DNA from: Candidatus Magasanikiibacteriota bacterium
GTDB taxonomy: Bacteria > Patescibacteriota > Patescibacteriia > Magasanikbacterales > UBA922
Direction of reading: 5' to 3'
DNA: 64,000 nucleotides
NCBI GenBank assembly: GCA_903837125.1
Contig: CAILTG010000055.1
Location: 2,199 to 66,198, forward strand
In this document: positions 28,016 to 36,808 of the stretch, piece by piece
Position numbering within the stretch: the stretch's first letter is position 1
Layout: the number at the start of each line of letters is the position of its first letter
Made by a program: the position numbers and the translations under genes
Notes under the pieces: generated by a model
Seen by the model: only the letters and a program-made list of their open reading frames with translations
Database searches by the model: none
Told to the model about the DNA's origin: nothing

Positions 28016-29956
28016 TCACTCCACTGTCGCTGGTACATCCACAGCAGTTTCTAAAGTACTGGTACTTGCCAGCACCTCTACTCCCACCAAACAAATTTTT
28101 GGCAGAGCCCGATAATGACTTTCAAAAACCCGATCTTCTTTTTGGCCATTAGCTAAAATACGAGTGTAAGTAAAAGAAGTATCCGCCCCTCTAAAAGCAT
28201 TCTGACATTGTCTTTTTCCTGGAGCAATTTTATCTGTTTCTACATCTTTAGGATCACCCACTGAATACCACTTTAACACTACCGGATGAGTATAACTCCC
28301 CTGCCGGCCATCACTAGTACCCCACAAAGTAAATTCCAGTTCCTGTTTTTTAACATTCATAAAAGTTTGCAAAAGCAAATAATTACCAGTATCATTCAAA
28401 AATTTAAAATCAGGAGCTGGATCATAAACAGTGGCATCAGTACCAGGATTATGATTAAAAGCGTCATTATAATGAGAAACCACCAAAGAATGATTTCTGC
28501 GTTCGGTAATAGTCATACCAGAATTCATAGCCATCCGAAACAAAGTAGTGCCAATCTGACAAAGACCACCGCCAATTTCTGCTTTCATTTCATCTCCTTT
28601 AATTACCAACTCCGGAAAATAACCACCCTCTAAAGTAAATGGAGCGGTATATTTTAAAGTAGAGAATTCTTCACCTGGTTTTATTAAAATACCATTCAAT
28701 TTATTAATAGCATTTTTTATATTTTTAATACGATTATTAGGACTGTTGGAATAATCAGAATAACCCACACCTAACATTTCTTTAACACCTAAATTATTAA
28801 CATCACCGGTTTTTATGTTTGGCTCAACTTGAACCACAGCAATAGTTATCGCCTTGGTTAAACCCTGATCATGCCAAGTACGGTCAATAACCGCCTGATT
28901 AATTAAATTATAAGTTGTCTCTACATCTACCGTTAATCCAGGACGAGAACCTAAAAATTCCACCACCTTACCATTTTCATCCATTTTAAATTTAGCATCC
29001 AAAGGTGAAACATCTATATCTGCGGCAGTTATTTTCTTTAAAAAAGCCACCACTGAGTCTTTAGCTAAACCTATAACAAAATCATTATTGGTGGTTTTTT
29101 GTACATTCAACCAACTTTTTATTTGATCCAAATTAATGAGCCAACCATATTCTCTTCTGGTTTCTGGATTAGTATATTGCAAATGTAAATCACCGGCCAA
29201 AAAAACCTGAGGCAATCTTTTTTCAAGAGCCAACACATCATTCTCTAGCACATCGGGAATTTTTTCTTGTCTACCTATTTCCAAATTGATTGCTTCCAGC
29301 TCCGACCAGTTATTCCCCACCTGGCTGCTAATATTTTGATAATCAAAAATTACCCCTGGGGAAGAAGAAACTATTTTATAATTCAAAGGATTGATAGACT
29401 GAACTGAGAGCGAAGCATTTTGGGGAGGAATTTCTTCACTAATTAAATTTTCTTTTATGGCCTCAACCAGTCTAACTTCATCCACTTTAACAGTTTGCAA
29501 CTTCACCTGTTCTTTATTAAAAAGCAAAGAAAGTAAATTAAGTGTTTGAGAAAAAAAATCATTACTTTTTTTATAATTTAATAAAAGAGGTACTTCTTTT
29601 TCAATATCCAAACTCACCAAATCCACTGAATCGCCTTGGGTGGTAATAACTGGATAAATAGTAAAACTCTTTTTTTTGCCATTGACCTCATAATTAAAAT
29701 GCAGACCTTCATTAACTAATTTATTATCCATTTTCTGCAAAAAACCTTTTAAATCCCCAGCAGTCAAGCCGCCAATACCAATTTCACCCAAATAAACATT
29801 GGGAAATACTTTATTTTTAAAAGTATAAGCATAAACCGAAAAGCCAGAAAACAATAAAATAACCACCAAAAAAAATACCCCCACAACAAAAAAAATACGG
29901 GGCCGATAAAACCTTATTTTAACCTCCTTAAAAAAATTGGCTACTTTTTCTTTCAT
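28016..29956 (-). CDS. VanW-family protein with an N-terminal membrane anchor
   Basis: 646 aa. It has an N-terminal TM helix (IFFVVGVFFLVVILLFSGFSVYAY) and a VanW-domain signature GGGLCQIGTTLFRMAMNSGMTITERRNH (compare G-G-V-C-Q-x-S-T-T-L). Confidence 0.55.
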   Translation of the reverse strand: MKEKVANFFKEVKIRFYRPRIFFVVGVFFLVVILLFSGFSVYAYTFKNKVFPNVYLGEIGIGGLTAGDLKGFLQKMDNKLVNEGLHFNYEVNGKKKSFTIYPVITTQGDSVDLVSLDIEKEVPLLLNYKKSNDFFSQTLNLLSLLFNKEQVKLQTVKVDEVRLVEAIKENLISEEIPPQNASLSVQSINPLNYKIVSSSPGVIFDYQNISSQVGNNWSELEAINLEIGRQEKIPDVLENDVLALEKRLPQVFLAGDLHLQYTNPETRREYGWLINLDQIKSWLNVQKTTNNDFVIGLAKDSVVAFLKKITAADIDVSPLDAKFKMDENGKVVEFLGSRPGLTVDVETTYNLINQAVIDRTWHDQGLTKAITIAVVQVEPNIKTGDVNNLGVKEMLGVGYSDYSNSPNNRIKNIKNAINKLNGILIKPGEEFSTLKYTAPFTLEGGYFPELVIKGDEMKAEIGGGLCQIGTTLFRMAMNSGMTITERRNHSLVVSHYNDAFNHNPGTDATVYDPAPDFKFLNDTGNYLLLQTFMNVKKQELEFTLWGTSDGRQGSYTHPVVLKWYSVGDPKDVETDKIAPGKRQCQNAFRGADTSFTYTRILANGQKEDRVFESHYRALPKICLVGVEVLASTSTLETAVDVPATVE

Positions 29957-29958
29957 AA

Positions 29959-30414
29959 TTAATCTTCCACCACCACCACTGGTATCTTGGTGTCCACTTT
30001 ACGTTTAGGAATTCTAATAGTTAAAACCCCATTTTTATATTCAGCTAAAGAAGAATCACCTTTAACTTCTACTGGCAAAACAATAGTGCGGGAAAATTTA
30101 CCCCAAAAGCATTCTTGATGAAAAAATTCAATTCCCGAATAATTAAATAAAGGCGAAGCACGCAGGCCACGAATAGTTAATAATTCATTATGAATATATA
30201 TTTCAATTTTTGAAGTTTCCGCTCCGGCCATGGTGGAAACTACTAAAACTTCTTTCTCAATTTGGGCCACATCCACACTCAATTGACCTTCGTGGTGATC
30301 CTCATGCCACTCGGCTGGCAATTCTTGATGCCTTAAAGTAGCACCCACGGTTTGTGGTGCATCAGTAATTGATTCCAAAATCATCTCAAATACAGGTACA
30401 GGGTTATTTGACAT
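29959..30414 (-). CDS. Hsp20/alpha-crystallin family small heat-shock protein
   Basis: 151 aa. It has the alpha-crystallin domain ending in AEYKNGVLTIRIPK (compare GVLTITLPK). It sits 2 nt downstream of the VanW gene. Confidence 0.8.
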   Translation of the reverse strand: MSNNPVPVFEMILESITDAPQTVGATLRHQELPAEWHEDHHEGQLSVDVAQIEKEVLVVSTMAGAETSKIEIYIHNELLTIRGLRASPLFNYSGIEFFHQECFWGKFSRTIVLPVEVKGDSSLAEYKNGVLTIRIPKRKVDTKIPVVVVED

Positions 30415-30491
30415 ACGAAAATATTATAACATAAAAAAACCAAAATTAAAACACCTAGAAGGTGTTTTAATTTTTGATAAATGATTTACCT

Positions 30492-31907
30492 TTATTGGCA
30501 TAACCCTTGCATACATGAAGTTCCACCAGGACATTTGGTATCTGCTTGACAAGGAGGTTGGCAACTATTTACAAAAGTTGGACTACATCCATAACTATCA
30601 TTTTGACAATACCAAATAGCGCTGCCAAGACTGCATTTTTTTGTCCCAGGAAAAGCATAAGTACAAACGTTATTTCTACAGAGATAATTTTCAACATCTC
30701 CACAGTCAAAAGACGTGTTGCAAGATTTACCCGTCTCGGCTCCATATTTTTGAGCACAAAAACTACCAAGAACATTACAATACAATTTTTCATTTCCACA
30801 ATCCGAGTCTTTTGTGCATTCGCCAGTGCTCTTACACTCACCATATTTTGTACCACACCATTGACCAGCCTTACAGCCCCAGGTATTGGCTCCGCTGCCA
30901 CAGACTTCGATATCTCCTCCGTTGGAAATACTAGTGCATAAATTATTAGTGCAAGTTAAACCCTTAGAAGCACAATCGTCACTGCTGTTACAACCAGATC
31001 CAAGTTTTGGCCCACAGTACCCATTTAAACAGCGTTGATCTGTGGCACAATTGCTATTGGTAGTACAATCTGGAGTATTTTTACATTCACCATATTTTAA
31101 ACCACACCATTGACCAGCCTTACAGCCCCAGGTATTGGCTCCGCTGCCACAGACTTCGGTGTCAACAATGGGTTTACTAACACATAGATTACTAGTACAA
31201 GTTAAGCTCTTAGAAGCACAATCGTCACTGCTGTTACAACTAGATCCAAGCTTAGGTCCACAATATCCGTTTAAACAACGTTGATCTGTGGCACAATTGC
31301 TATTGGTAGTACAATCAGGAGTATTTTTACACTCACCATATTTTAAACCGCACCATTGACCGGCCTTACAACCCCAGGTATTGGCTCCGCTGCCACAGAC
31401 TTCGGTGTCAACAATGGGTTTACTAACACATAGATTACTAGTACAAGTTAAGCTCTTAGAAGCACAATCATCACTGCTGTTACAACTTGATCCAAGCTTA
31501 GGTCCACAGTATCCGTTTAAACAACGTTGATCTGTGGCACAATTACTGTTGCTAGTACAATCTGGAGTATTTTTACATTCACCATATTTTAAACCACACC
31601 ATTGACCAGCTTTGCAACCCCAGGTATTGGCTCCGCTGCCACAGACTTCCGTGTCAGTGCCTGGCCCCTTTACACATTCATTATTTTTACATATTAAAAA
31701 TCCTTTTTCACCACAATCTTGGTCTGAAGTACATTTAGAAATTGTTGAAGCTGTTGTAGTTGTTGAAGCTGTTGAAACTATTGGAGTTGTGGTGGTGTTG
31801 GTATTATTCTCTGTGTTGGTTGGTAAATTATTACAAGAAGCACCAAGCAAAAGAAGTGAACCACTCAACAATAAAATTGTATAAATAAATGCTCGATGTA
31901 TATTCAT
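30492..31907 (-). CDS. Secreted cysteine-rich repeat protein (4 x ~82-aa Cys-rich modules)
   Basis: 471 aa. It has a signal peptide and a Thr-rich linker, then four near-identical modules ...VCGSGANTWGCKAGQWCGLKYGECKNTPDCTTNSNCATDQRCLNGYCGPKLGSSCNSSDDCASKSLTCTSNLCVSKPIVDTE... The overlapping plus/minus ORFs in the track are spurious. Confidence 0.6.
   Translation of the reverse strand: MNIHRAFIYTILLLSGSLLLLGASCNNLPTNTENNTNTTTTPIVSTASTTTTASTISKCTSDQDCGEKGFLICKNNECVKGPGTDTEVCGSGANTWGCKAGQWCGLKYGECKNTPDCTSNSNCATDQRCLNGYCGPKLGSSCNSSDDCASKSLTCTSNLCVSKPIVDTEVCGSGANTWGCKAGQWCGLKYGECKNTPDCTTNSNCATDQRCLNGYCGPKLGSSCNSSDDCASKSLTCTSNLCVSKPIVDTEVCGSGANTWGCKAGQWCGLKYGECKNTPDCTTNSNCATDQRCLNGYCGPKLGSGCNSSDDCASKGLTCTNNLCTSISNGGDIEVCGSGANTWGCKAGQWCGTKYGECKSTGECTKDSDCGNEKLYCNVLGSFCAQKYGAETGKSCNTSFDCGDVENYLCRNNVCTYAFPGTKKCSLGSAIWYCQNDSYGCSPTFVNSCQPPCQADTKCPGGTSCMQGLCQ
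30640..31700. repeat. Tandem DNA repeat, period ~246-249 bp, 4 copies, inside the Cys-rich gene
   Basis: The string aggtattggctccgctgccacagacttcg recurs at 30881, 31130, 31376 and 31622. The units are near-identical at nucleotide level. Confidence 0.8.
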
Positions 31908-32075
31908 AGATTTAATATTGCATAATTAAAATTCTAAAATGAATTATACCACAAATATTAAAAAAAACAAGATATTGTGCACTCACCTTGCGGTAAGTCC
32001 GTGACAAATTTAATACGCTTGGATTGAAACGAAAAAGTGGCAGAGAACTTACAATTTTGAATTATCAAAAAATTC

Positions 32076-32834
32076 TTAATCAATTTTTTTTAATGAACTC
32101 AATGACCAACTAAAGATAACTACCATTAATACAAACATGATCACAAAGCCCGCCACAACTTCCCAACTTTGCCAGTTGCCGGCAAACAGTGCCCGCGAGG
32201 CATTGACTGCATACGAAAAAGGATTGAATTTGGCGGTATCCTGAATCCAGAGTGGCGCCAGCGCTAGTGGCAAGATAATGCCTGACAAAAGTGACAACGG
32301 CAAAGTGATCATATTGAGGGTAGGCGCCAGAGGATCTTCAATCTTGTAAATTAGGGCAAAAGAATACGAGGTGGAAGCCATGGTAATAGAAACAAAAGCA
32401 TATAGTAATAGTGACAGCAAAAACCCGCCCAGATTGACAGTCAGACCAAAAGGAATAGCCACCAAGGTAATCAAAATACATTGCACATCTAGAATGACAG
32501 CATCCCGCAAGACTCTGCCCCAAAGAATTGCTGAACGAGAAACTGGCGTGACCAAAAATCTTTCAATCACCCCAGACCGAATATCATCTATCAAATTGAA
32601 ACCCACAAAAGCTGAACCAAACAGCGCCATCATCACCAGGAGCCCTGGAATAAAAATTTGCACGGTCTTGCCAGCCGGCAGTCCTGGCACTCCCCCAAGA
32701 TTATTTAAGAGAGGCATGAATAAAAATAAATATAAGAGTGGCTGGAACAAACTAACAAAAATAAAAACTGGACTCCGTAAAGTTTGCCGTAAATTCCGGA
32801 TAAACATCAATTTTGTTTCCCTTAGTAATTTCAT
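32076..32834 (-). CDS. ABC-2 family transporter permease
   Basis: 252 aa with 6 predicted TM helices. It lies immediately downstream (2-nt gap) of the ABC ATPase gene. Confidence 0.75.
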   Translation of the reverse strand: MKLLRETKLMFIRNLRQTLRSPVFIFVSLFQPLLYLFLFMPLLNNLGGVPGLPAGKTVQIFIPGLLVMMALFGSAFVGFNLIDDIRSGVIERFLVTPVSRSAILWGRVLRDAVILDVQCILITLVAIPFGLTVNLGGFLLSLLLYAFVSITMASTSYSFALIYKIEDPLAPTLNMITLPLSLLSGIILPLALAPLWIQDTAKFNPFSYAVNASRALFAGNWQSWEVVAGFVIMFVLMVVIFSWSLSSLKKID

Positions 32835-32836
32835 AT

Positions 32837-33817
32837 TTATATTTTATCTTCCCGAAGTGAGCGTCCGGTATATTTAAGAAAAACATCATCCAAACTTGGT
32901 TTTGATAAAGTGATATTTTGCGCGGTCAAATGATTAGCGTCAAGCAAACGCAAAGCTTCGGGTAAAATTTGATCGCCATTTTTTATATATAACCGAACTT
33001 CATTGCCTTCAGTATTTACTTTTTCTGGCTGAAATTTTGCTAATAATAAATTTTTGGATTTAAGGGCTATTTCCTGATCGCTAAAACCAAAAACAATGAT
33101 GTCAGCGCCAATGCTATTTTTTAATTCAAGTGGCGTTCCTTCAATAATAATCTGACCATTATCAATAATGGCGATCGTGTCGCAAAGTTTGTCAGCTTCA
33201 TCCATGTAATGAGTCGTGAGAAAAATGGTGACGCCGTCGGCTTTTAATTTTTTTATTTCTTCCCACATATACACCCGACTTTGCGGATCAAGCCCAGTGG
33301 TTGGTTCGTCTAGGAGGAGTAACTGCGGCCGGTGAGTCATGCCGAGCGCCACATCCAACCGGCGCTTTTGTCCACCGGAATAAGTCGCGGCCGGCCGGCC
33401 AGCAAAAGAAACCATTTGAAAACGTTTGACCAATTCTTCGGCTTGTTTTTTGGCAAGGTCATCGGTCAAGCCATAAAGCTGGGCTTGCAGAATTAAATTT
33501 TCATAACCAGTCGCACCAGCGTCAGTTCCTCCTGCCTGACTGACATAACCGATATTTTTTCTTATTTGAATTTGTTCAGTTTTCAAATCAAAACCAGCGA
33601 TAGTGACTTCGCCGCTGGTTGGCAATAATAATGTTGAGAGCATTTTTTGCGTGGTAGATTTACCAGCCCCGTTCGGACCCAAAAAACCAAAAATTTCGCC
33701 TTTTTTAATCGCTAAATTAACGCCTTTGACAGCTTTCACTTCTTCTTGTTTGCCTTTGACTTTGGAAACAAAGGTTTTCTTAAGATTGTGAGTTTCAATA
33801 ACAAATTGCGAGGACAT
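32837..33817 (-). CDS. ABC transporter ATP-binding protein (DrrA/NatA-like exporter ATPase)
   Basis: Walker A GPNGAGKSTT, ABC signature YSGGQKRRL, Walker B LLLLDEPTTGLD, H-loop TTHYMDEA. Confidence 0.85.
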   Translation of the reverse strand: MSSQFVIETHNLKKTFVSKVKGKQEEVKAVKGVNLAIKKGEIFGFLGPNGAGKSTTQKMLSTLLLPTSGEVTIAGFDLKTEQIQIRKNIGYVSQAGGTDAGATGYENLILQAQLYGLTDDLAKKQAEELVKRFQMVSFAGRPAATYSGGQKRRLDVALGMTHRPQLLLLDEPTTGLDPQSRVYMWEEIKKLKADGVTIFLTTHYMDEADKLCDTIAIIDNGQIIIEGTPLELKNSIGADIIVFGFSDQEIALKSKNLLLAKFQPEKVNTEGNEVRLYIKNGDQILPEALRLLDANHLTAQNITLSKPSLDDVFLKYTGRSLREDKI

Positions 33818-33832
33818 ATAAAGAAATTAAAT

Positions 33833-33920
33833 TGGCGGAGAGGGCGGGATTCGAACCCGCGAGGGGTTGCCCCCTGCAGCTTTAGCAAAGCTGGACGATA
33901 GACCGCTCTGACACCTCTCC
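33833..33920 (-). tRNA. tRNA-Ser (anticodon GCT), CCA encoded
   Basis: Acceptor GGAGAGG/CCTCTCC, anticodon stem CAGCT/AGCTG with loop TTGCTAA, a long variable arm (CAGGGGGCAACCCCTC), T arm GCGGG-TTCGAAT-CCCGC, and 3' GCCA. Confidence 0.85.
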
Positions 33921-34007
33921 ATTTACAACATACAAAATACACATAATAAAATACAAAATACATAAAAAAATTGTATATTACTCCATGTACATTGTATTTC
34001 ATTTTTG

Positions 34008-34094
34008 CGGAGAGAGTGGGATTTGAACCCACGGAGGACTTTCATCCTCAACAGTTTTCAAGACTGTCGCCTTAAACCACTCAGCCATCTCTCC
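34008..34094 (-). tRNA. tRNA-Ser (anticodon TGA)
   Basis: Acceptor GGAGAGA/TCTCTCC, anticodon stem ACAGT/ACTGT with loop CTTGAAA, long variable arm, T arm GTGGG-TTCAAAT-CCCAC. Confidence 0.85.
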
Positions 34095-34237
34095 ATACGG
34101 AGTTGAAAGTTATAAAGTTATTGAGTTATAAAGTAACAAGATAAAAAATTATCATTTTTTAAACTTTATAACTTTACAAACTTTTAACTTTAAAACTTTA
34201 TAAAGTGTAACACTTTTTATGGTCTTTGTCTAGAGGA

Positions 34238-36382
34238 TTAGTTGGTGTATTTTAAATGATTAATTACTGCCCTAATCTCGCCATAACTTACCTCTTCGCC
34301 CAGGACCTCTTTTAAAGGAGTCAATAAATAGTGACCGTATTTTTTAATGGCAGAAACAATTTGGGGAATTTTGTCTTCTGAAACAAGTTCAGTTACTTTT
34401 AACTTGCCGCTCTGGATGTAAAAAGCCAGATGACTTTCAATGGTTGCCGGACTTAACCCACGAATTGTGGCAATTTCCAAAATTGTTTTTTTATCTTTAA
34501 AAAGATTATAAGAAATAATTTTAGTATCAGTTTCTACTACACGTTCTGCTTTGGTACGGCGCTCACGCTTAGGAATTTTTTCGGAAATTCTGGAGGCTAA
34601 TTGGTGCTTTGTACAATAGGTAGTAACAACTTTAAGAAAAGGTTGTCCATATTTGGCAAGTTTAACCTCACCAAAACCGGAAATCTTTTTAATATCTTCC
34701 TCAGTTTGCGGTAAATAAGTTGCCAATTCCAGTAAGGTGGCATCGGAAAAAATAATATATGAAGGAACATTTTCTTGTCGCGCCCAATTGTTGCGAACAA
34801 TCTTAAGTTCATTAAATAATTCTTTTTCATAAGGCTTTTCGGAAAAAGAAATTTCTTTTTTAGAAATAGTTTTAACTAGAAAAACTGACTCTTTTCCTTG
34901 AAGTACTGCTGGACTTTTCTCCGTTAGAGCTAAAATAGGATATTCGCTGCCTGTCTGTTTTAAATACCCCAGCGAAATTAAATCTTGAAAATATCTAAAC
35001 CAGTCATCTTTGGAAATATCACCACCAATACCATAAGTTGTTAAATTTTTATGTACCTCTTTTATTTTCTCTGATTTAGAACCGCGTAAAAAATCAATCA
35101 CATAAGTGAGACCAAATCGACTCTCCAATCTGGCAACAGCTGAAAGAGCTTTTTGGGCAATAATAGTGCCATCAAATTTTTCACGGCTACTAAGACAGCT
35201 ATCACAACTTCCGCAAACATCAGGCGCTTCTTCGCCAAAATAATTAAGTATGGTTTTACGACGGCAAGTGTTGGACTCGCATAATGAGGCCATTTGGGAA
35301 AGTTTACGGAGCATAATGCGTGATTGTTCCGGATTACCTTCCACCATGGCAAACTTTTTAAGTTTAATAACATCACCGCCACTATAATATAAAATCGCCT
35401 CGCTCTTTAGTCCATCACGTCCCGCCCGGCCGGTTTCTTGATAATAACTTTCAATATTTTTAGGCAAGTCAGCATGAATCACAAAACGCACATTAGATTT
35501 ATTAATCCCCATGCCAAAAGCAATGGTGGCCACAATAATTTTAACTTCATCTTTGACAAATAGATCTTGATTTTTTTTACGACATTCATTGGTTAAGCCG
35601 GCGTGGTAAGGCACAGCCGAAAAACCGTCGTGTGTAAGTTTTTGAGCCAAGGTTTCGGTTGAATTACGGGATAATACATAAATAATTCCTGAATCATCGT
35701 GGTGTGTTTCAAGATAAGTCGTTAATTCATCATACATTCCGCGCTTGGGTAAAATATTATAATGAATATTGGGCCGATTGAAACTAGAAATAAAAACTCG
35801 TGCTTGATTAAGCTGTAATTTATTTAAAATATCATCACGAGTAAGTTTGTCTGCAGTCGCAGTTAGGGCAACAATCGGCACAGCAGGAAATTCTTTTTTA
35901 AGAGATGAAAGCATTCGGTACTCTGGACGGAAATCATGGCCCCAATGAGAAATACAATGAGCTTCATCAATGGCAAACAAAGCCACTCTTAAACTTTTTA
36001 AAAAAAACATAAACTGTTCGTTGTTGTTAAACAACCGCTCTGGAGCAATATAAAGCAGTTTAAGTTCACCGCGTTTAAGTTCATTATAAACCTCAGAAGA
36101 CTCTTCTGAACTTAAAGAAGAATTTAAATAAGAGGCTTTAATTCCGTTTATTCGCAATGCATCAACTTGGTCTTTCATTAGGGCAATTAAAGGTGAAATA
36201 ACCACAGTTAAGCCAGGAAATATCAACGCTGGTATTTGATAACAAAGAGACTTGCCTCCACCGGTTGGCATTAACACAAAAGCATCCTGCTGTCGCAAAA
36301 TGGTATTGATAATTTCTTCCTGATTAAAGCGAAATGACTGATAACCAAACTTGTCTTTAAGAATTTGTATTGGTGTGAACAT
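34238..36382 (-). CDS. recQ: ATP-dependent DNA helicase RecQ (with C-terminal extension)
   Basis: Helicase motifs I (LMPTGGGKSLCYQIPA), II (DEAH: AIDEAHCISHWGHDFRPEY) and the rest. It has the RecQ Zn-binding Cys cluster (CRRKTILNYFGEE...CGSCDSC), plus a winged-helix domain and an extra C-terminal domain. Confidence 0.85.
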   Translation of the reverse strand: MFTPIQILKDKFGYQSFRFNQEEIINTILRQQDAFVLMPTGGGKSLCYQIPALIFPGLTVVISPLIALMKDQVDALRINGIKASYLNSSLSSEESSEVYNELKRGELKLLYIAPERLFNNNEQFMFFLKSLRVALFAIDEAHCISHWGHDFRPEYRMLSSLKKEFPAVPIVALTATADKLTRDDILNKLQLNQARVFISSFNRPNIHYNILPKRGMYDELTTYLETHHDDSGIIYVLSRNSTETLAQKLTHDGFSAVPYHAGLTNECRKKNQDLFVKDEVKIIVATIAFGMGINKSNVRFVIHADLPKNIESYYQETGRAGRDGLKSEAILYYSGGDVIKLKKFAMVEGNPEQSRIMLRKLSQMASLCESNTCRRKTILNYFGEEAPDVCGSCDSCLSSREKFDGTIIAQKALSAVARLESRFGLTYVIDFLRGSKSEKIKEVHKNLTTYGIGGDISKDDWFRYFQDLISLGYLKQTGSEYPILALTEKSPAVLQGKESVFLVKTISKKEISFSEKPYEKELFNELKIVRNNWARQENVPSYIIFSDATLLELATYLPQTEEDIKKISGFGEVKLAKYGQPFLKVVTTYCTKHQLASRISEKIPKRERRTKAERVVETDTKIISYNLFKDKKTILEIATIRGLSPATIESHLAFYIQSGKLKVTELVSEDKIPQIVSAIKKYGHYLLTPLKEVLGEEVSYGEIRAVINHLKYTN

Positions 36383-36468
36383 TTAAAAAATGATTAAAAT
36401 TTTAAAAATGATAAAGCTACAACCATTCTACCATCAAAGCAAATATTTAAAAAGAACCTATAGTGAGG

Positions 36469-36497
36469 TTGACTTGACACATCAAATATAGTAAAAT
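36469..36497 (+). promoter_or_regulatory. Promoter for the plus-strand tRNA (TTGACT-N17-TAAAAT)
   Basis: TTGACT at 36469-36474, a 17-nt spacer, TAAAAT at 36492-36497. The tRNA begins 15 nt downstream. Confidence 0.4.
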
Positions 36498-36511
36498 ATT
36501 TTTAACATATT

Positions 36512-36598
36512 GGAGAGATGGCCGAGTGGTTTAAGGCAGCAGTTTACTAAACTGCCGTCCCTTCACAGGGACCGAGGGTTCGAATCCCTCCCTCTCCG
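36512..36598 (+). tRNA. Class II (long-variable-arm) tRNA-Ser-like gene with an atypical anticodon loop TTACTAA (anticodon ACT by standard numbering)
   Basis: The body is near-identical at the 5' end to tRNA-Ser(TGA): GGAGAGATGGCCGAGTGGTTTAAGGC. The anticodon stem is GCAGT/ACTGC. The loop TTACTAA is the Ser(GCT) loop with G34 changed to A. It has a long variable arm and T arm GAGGG-TTCGAAT-CCCTC. Confidence 0.65.
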
Positions 36599-36602
36599 CA
36601 TA

Positions 36603-36640
36603 ACAAAATATACCAGATTTATCTGGTATATTTTGTTGTA
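36603..36640 (+). terminator. Perfect 15-bp hairpin after the tRNA (terminator-like)
   Basis: AACAAAATATACCAG-atttat-CTGGTATATTTTGTT followed by a T-rich run. Confidence 0.5.
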
Positions 36641-36724
36641 ATTATCTTAATAGCATTCAATCCCAAAACAGAAAAAATACTCAAAAAACCTACTCAATTT
36701 CGGACAAAAGCTAAAATTTTAAAT

Positions 36725-36753
36725 TTGCTAAAAACAAAATCAGGAGATATAAT
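36725..36753 (+). promoter_or_regulatory. Promoter TTGCTA-N17-TATAAT for the 455-aa gene
   Basis: TTGCTA at 36725-36730 and TATAAT at 36748-36753. It lies inside the ORF-track's N-terminal extension, so the true start is downstream. Confidence 0.4.
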
Positions 36754-36808
36754 ATTAAGTACCAATTTTACAAATCTACAATATTTTTATTCAACTGATT
36801 ATATCTAT

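Noticed and set aside
30546-30941. ORF-track ORFs 30546-30941(+), 30569-30901(-), 30641-30934(+) and 31612-31884(+) overlapping the Cys-rich repeat gene
   Set aside because: They lie entirely inside the tandem-repeat region of a well-supported minus-strand gene. Their open frames are a by-product of the low-stop, repetitive sequence, and they have no start or promoter context.
33736-34032. 98-aa minus-strand ORF
   Set aside because: It spans two tRNA-Ser genes and their spacer, so it cannot be a real CDS.
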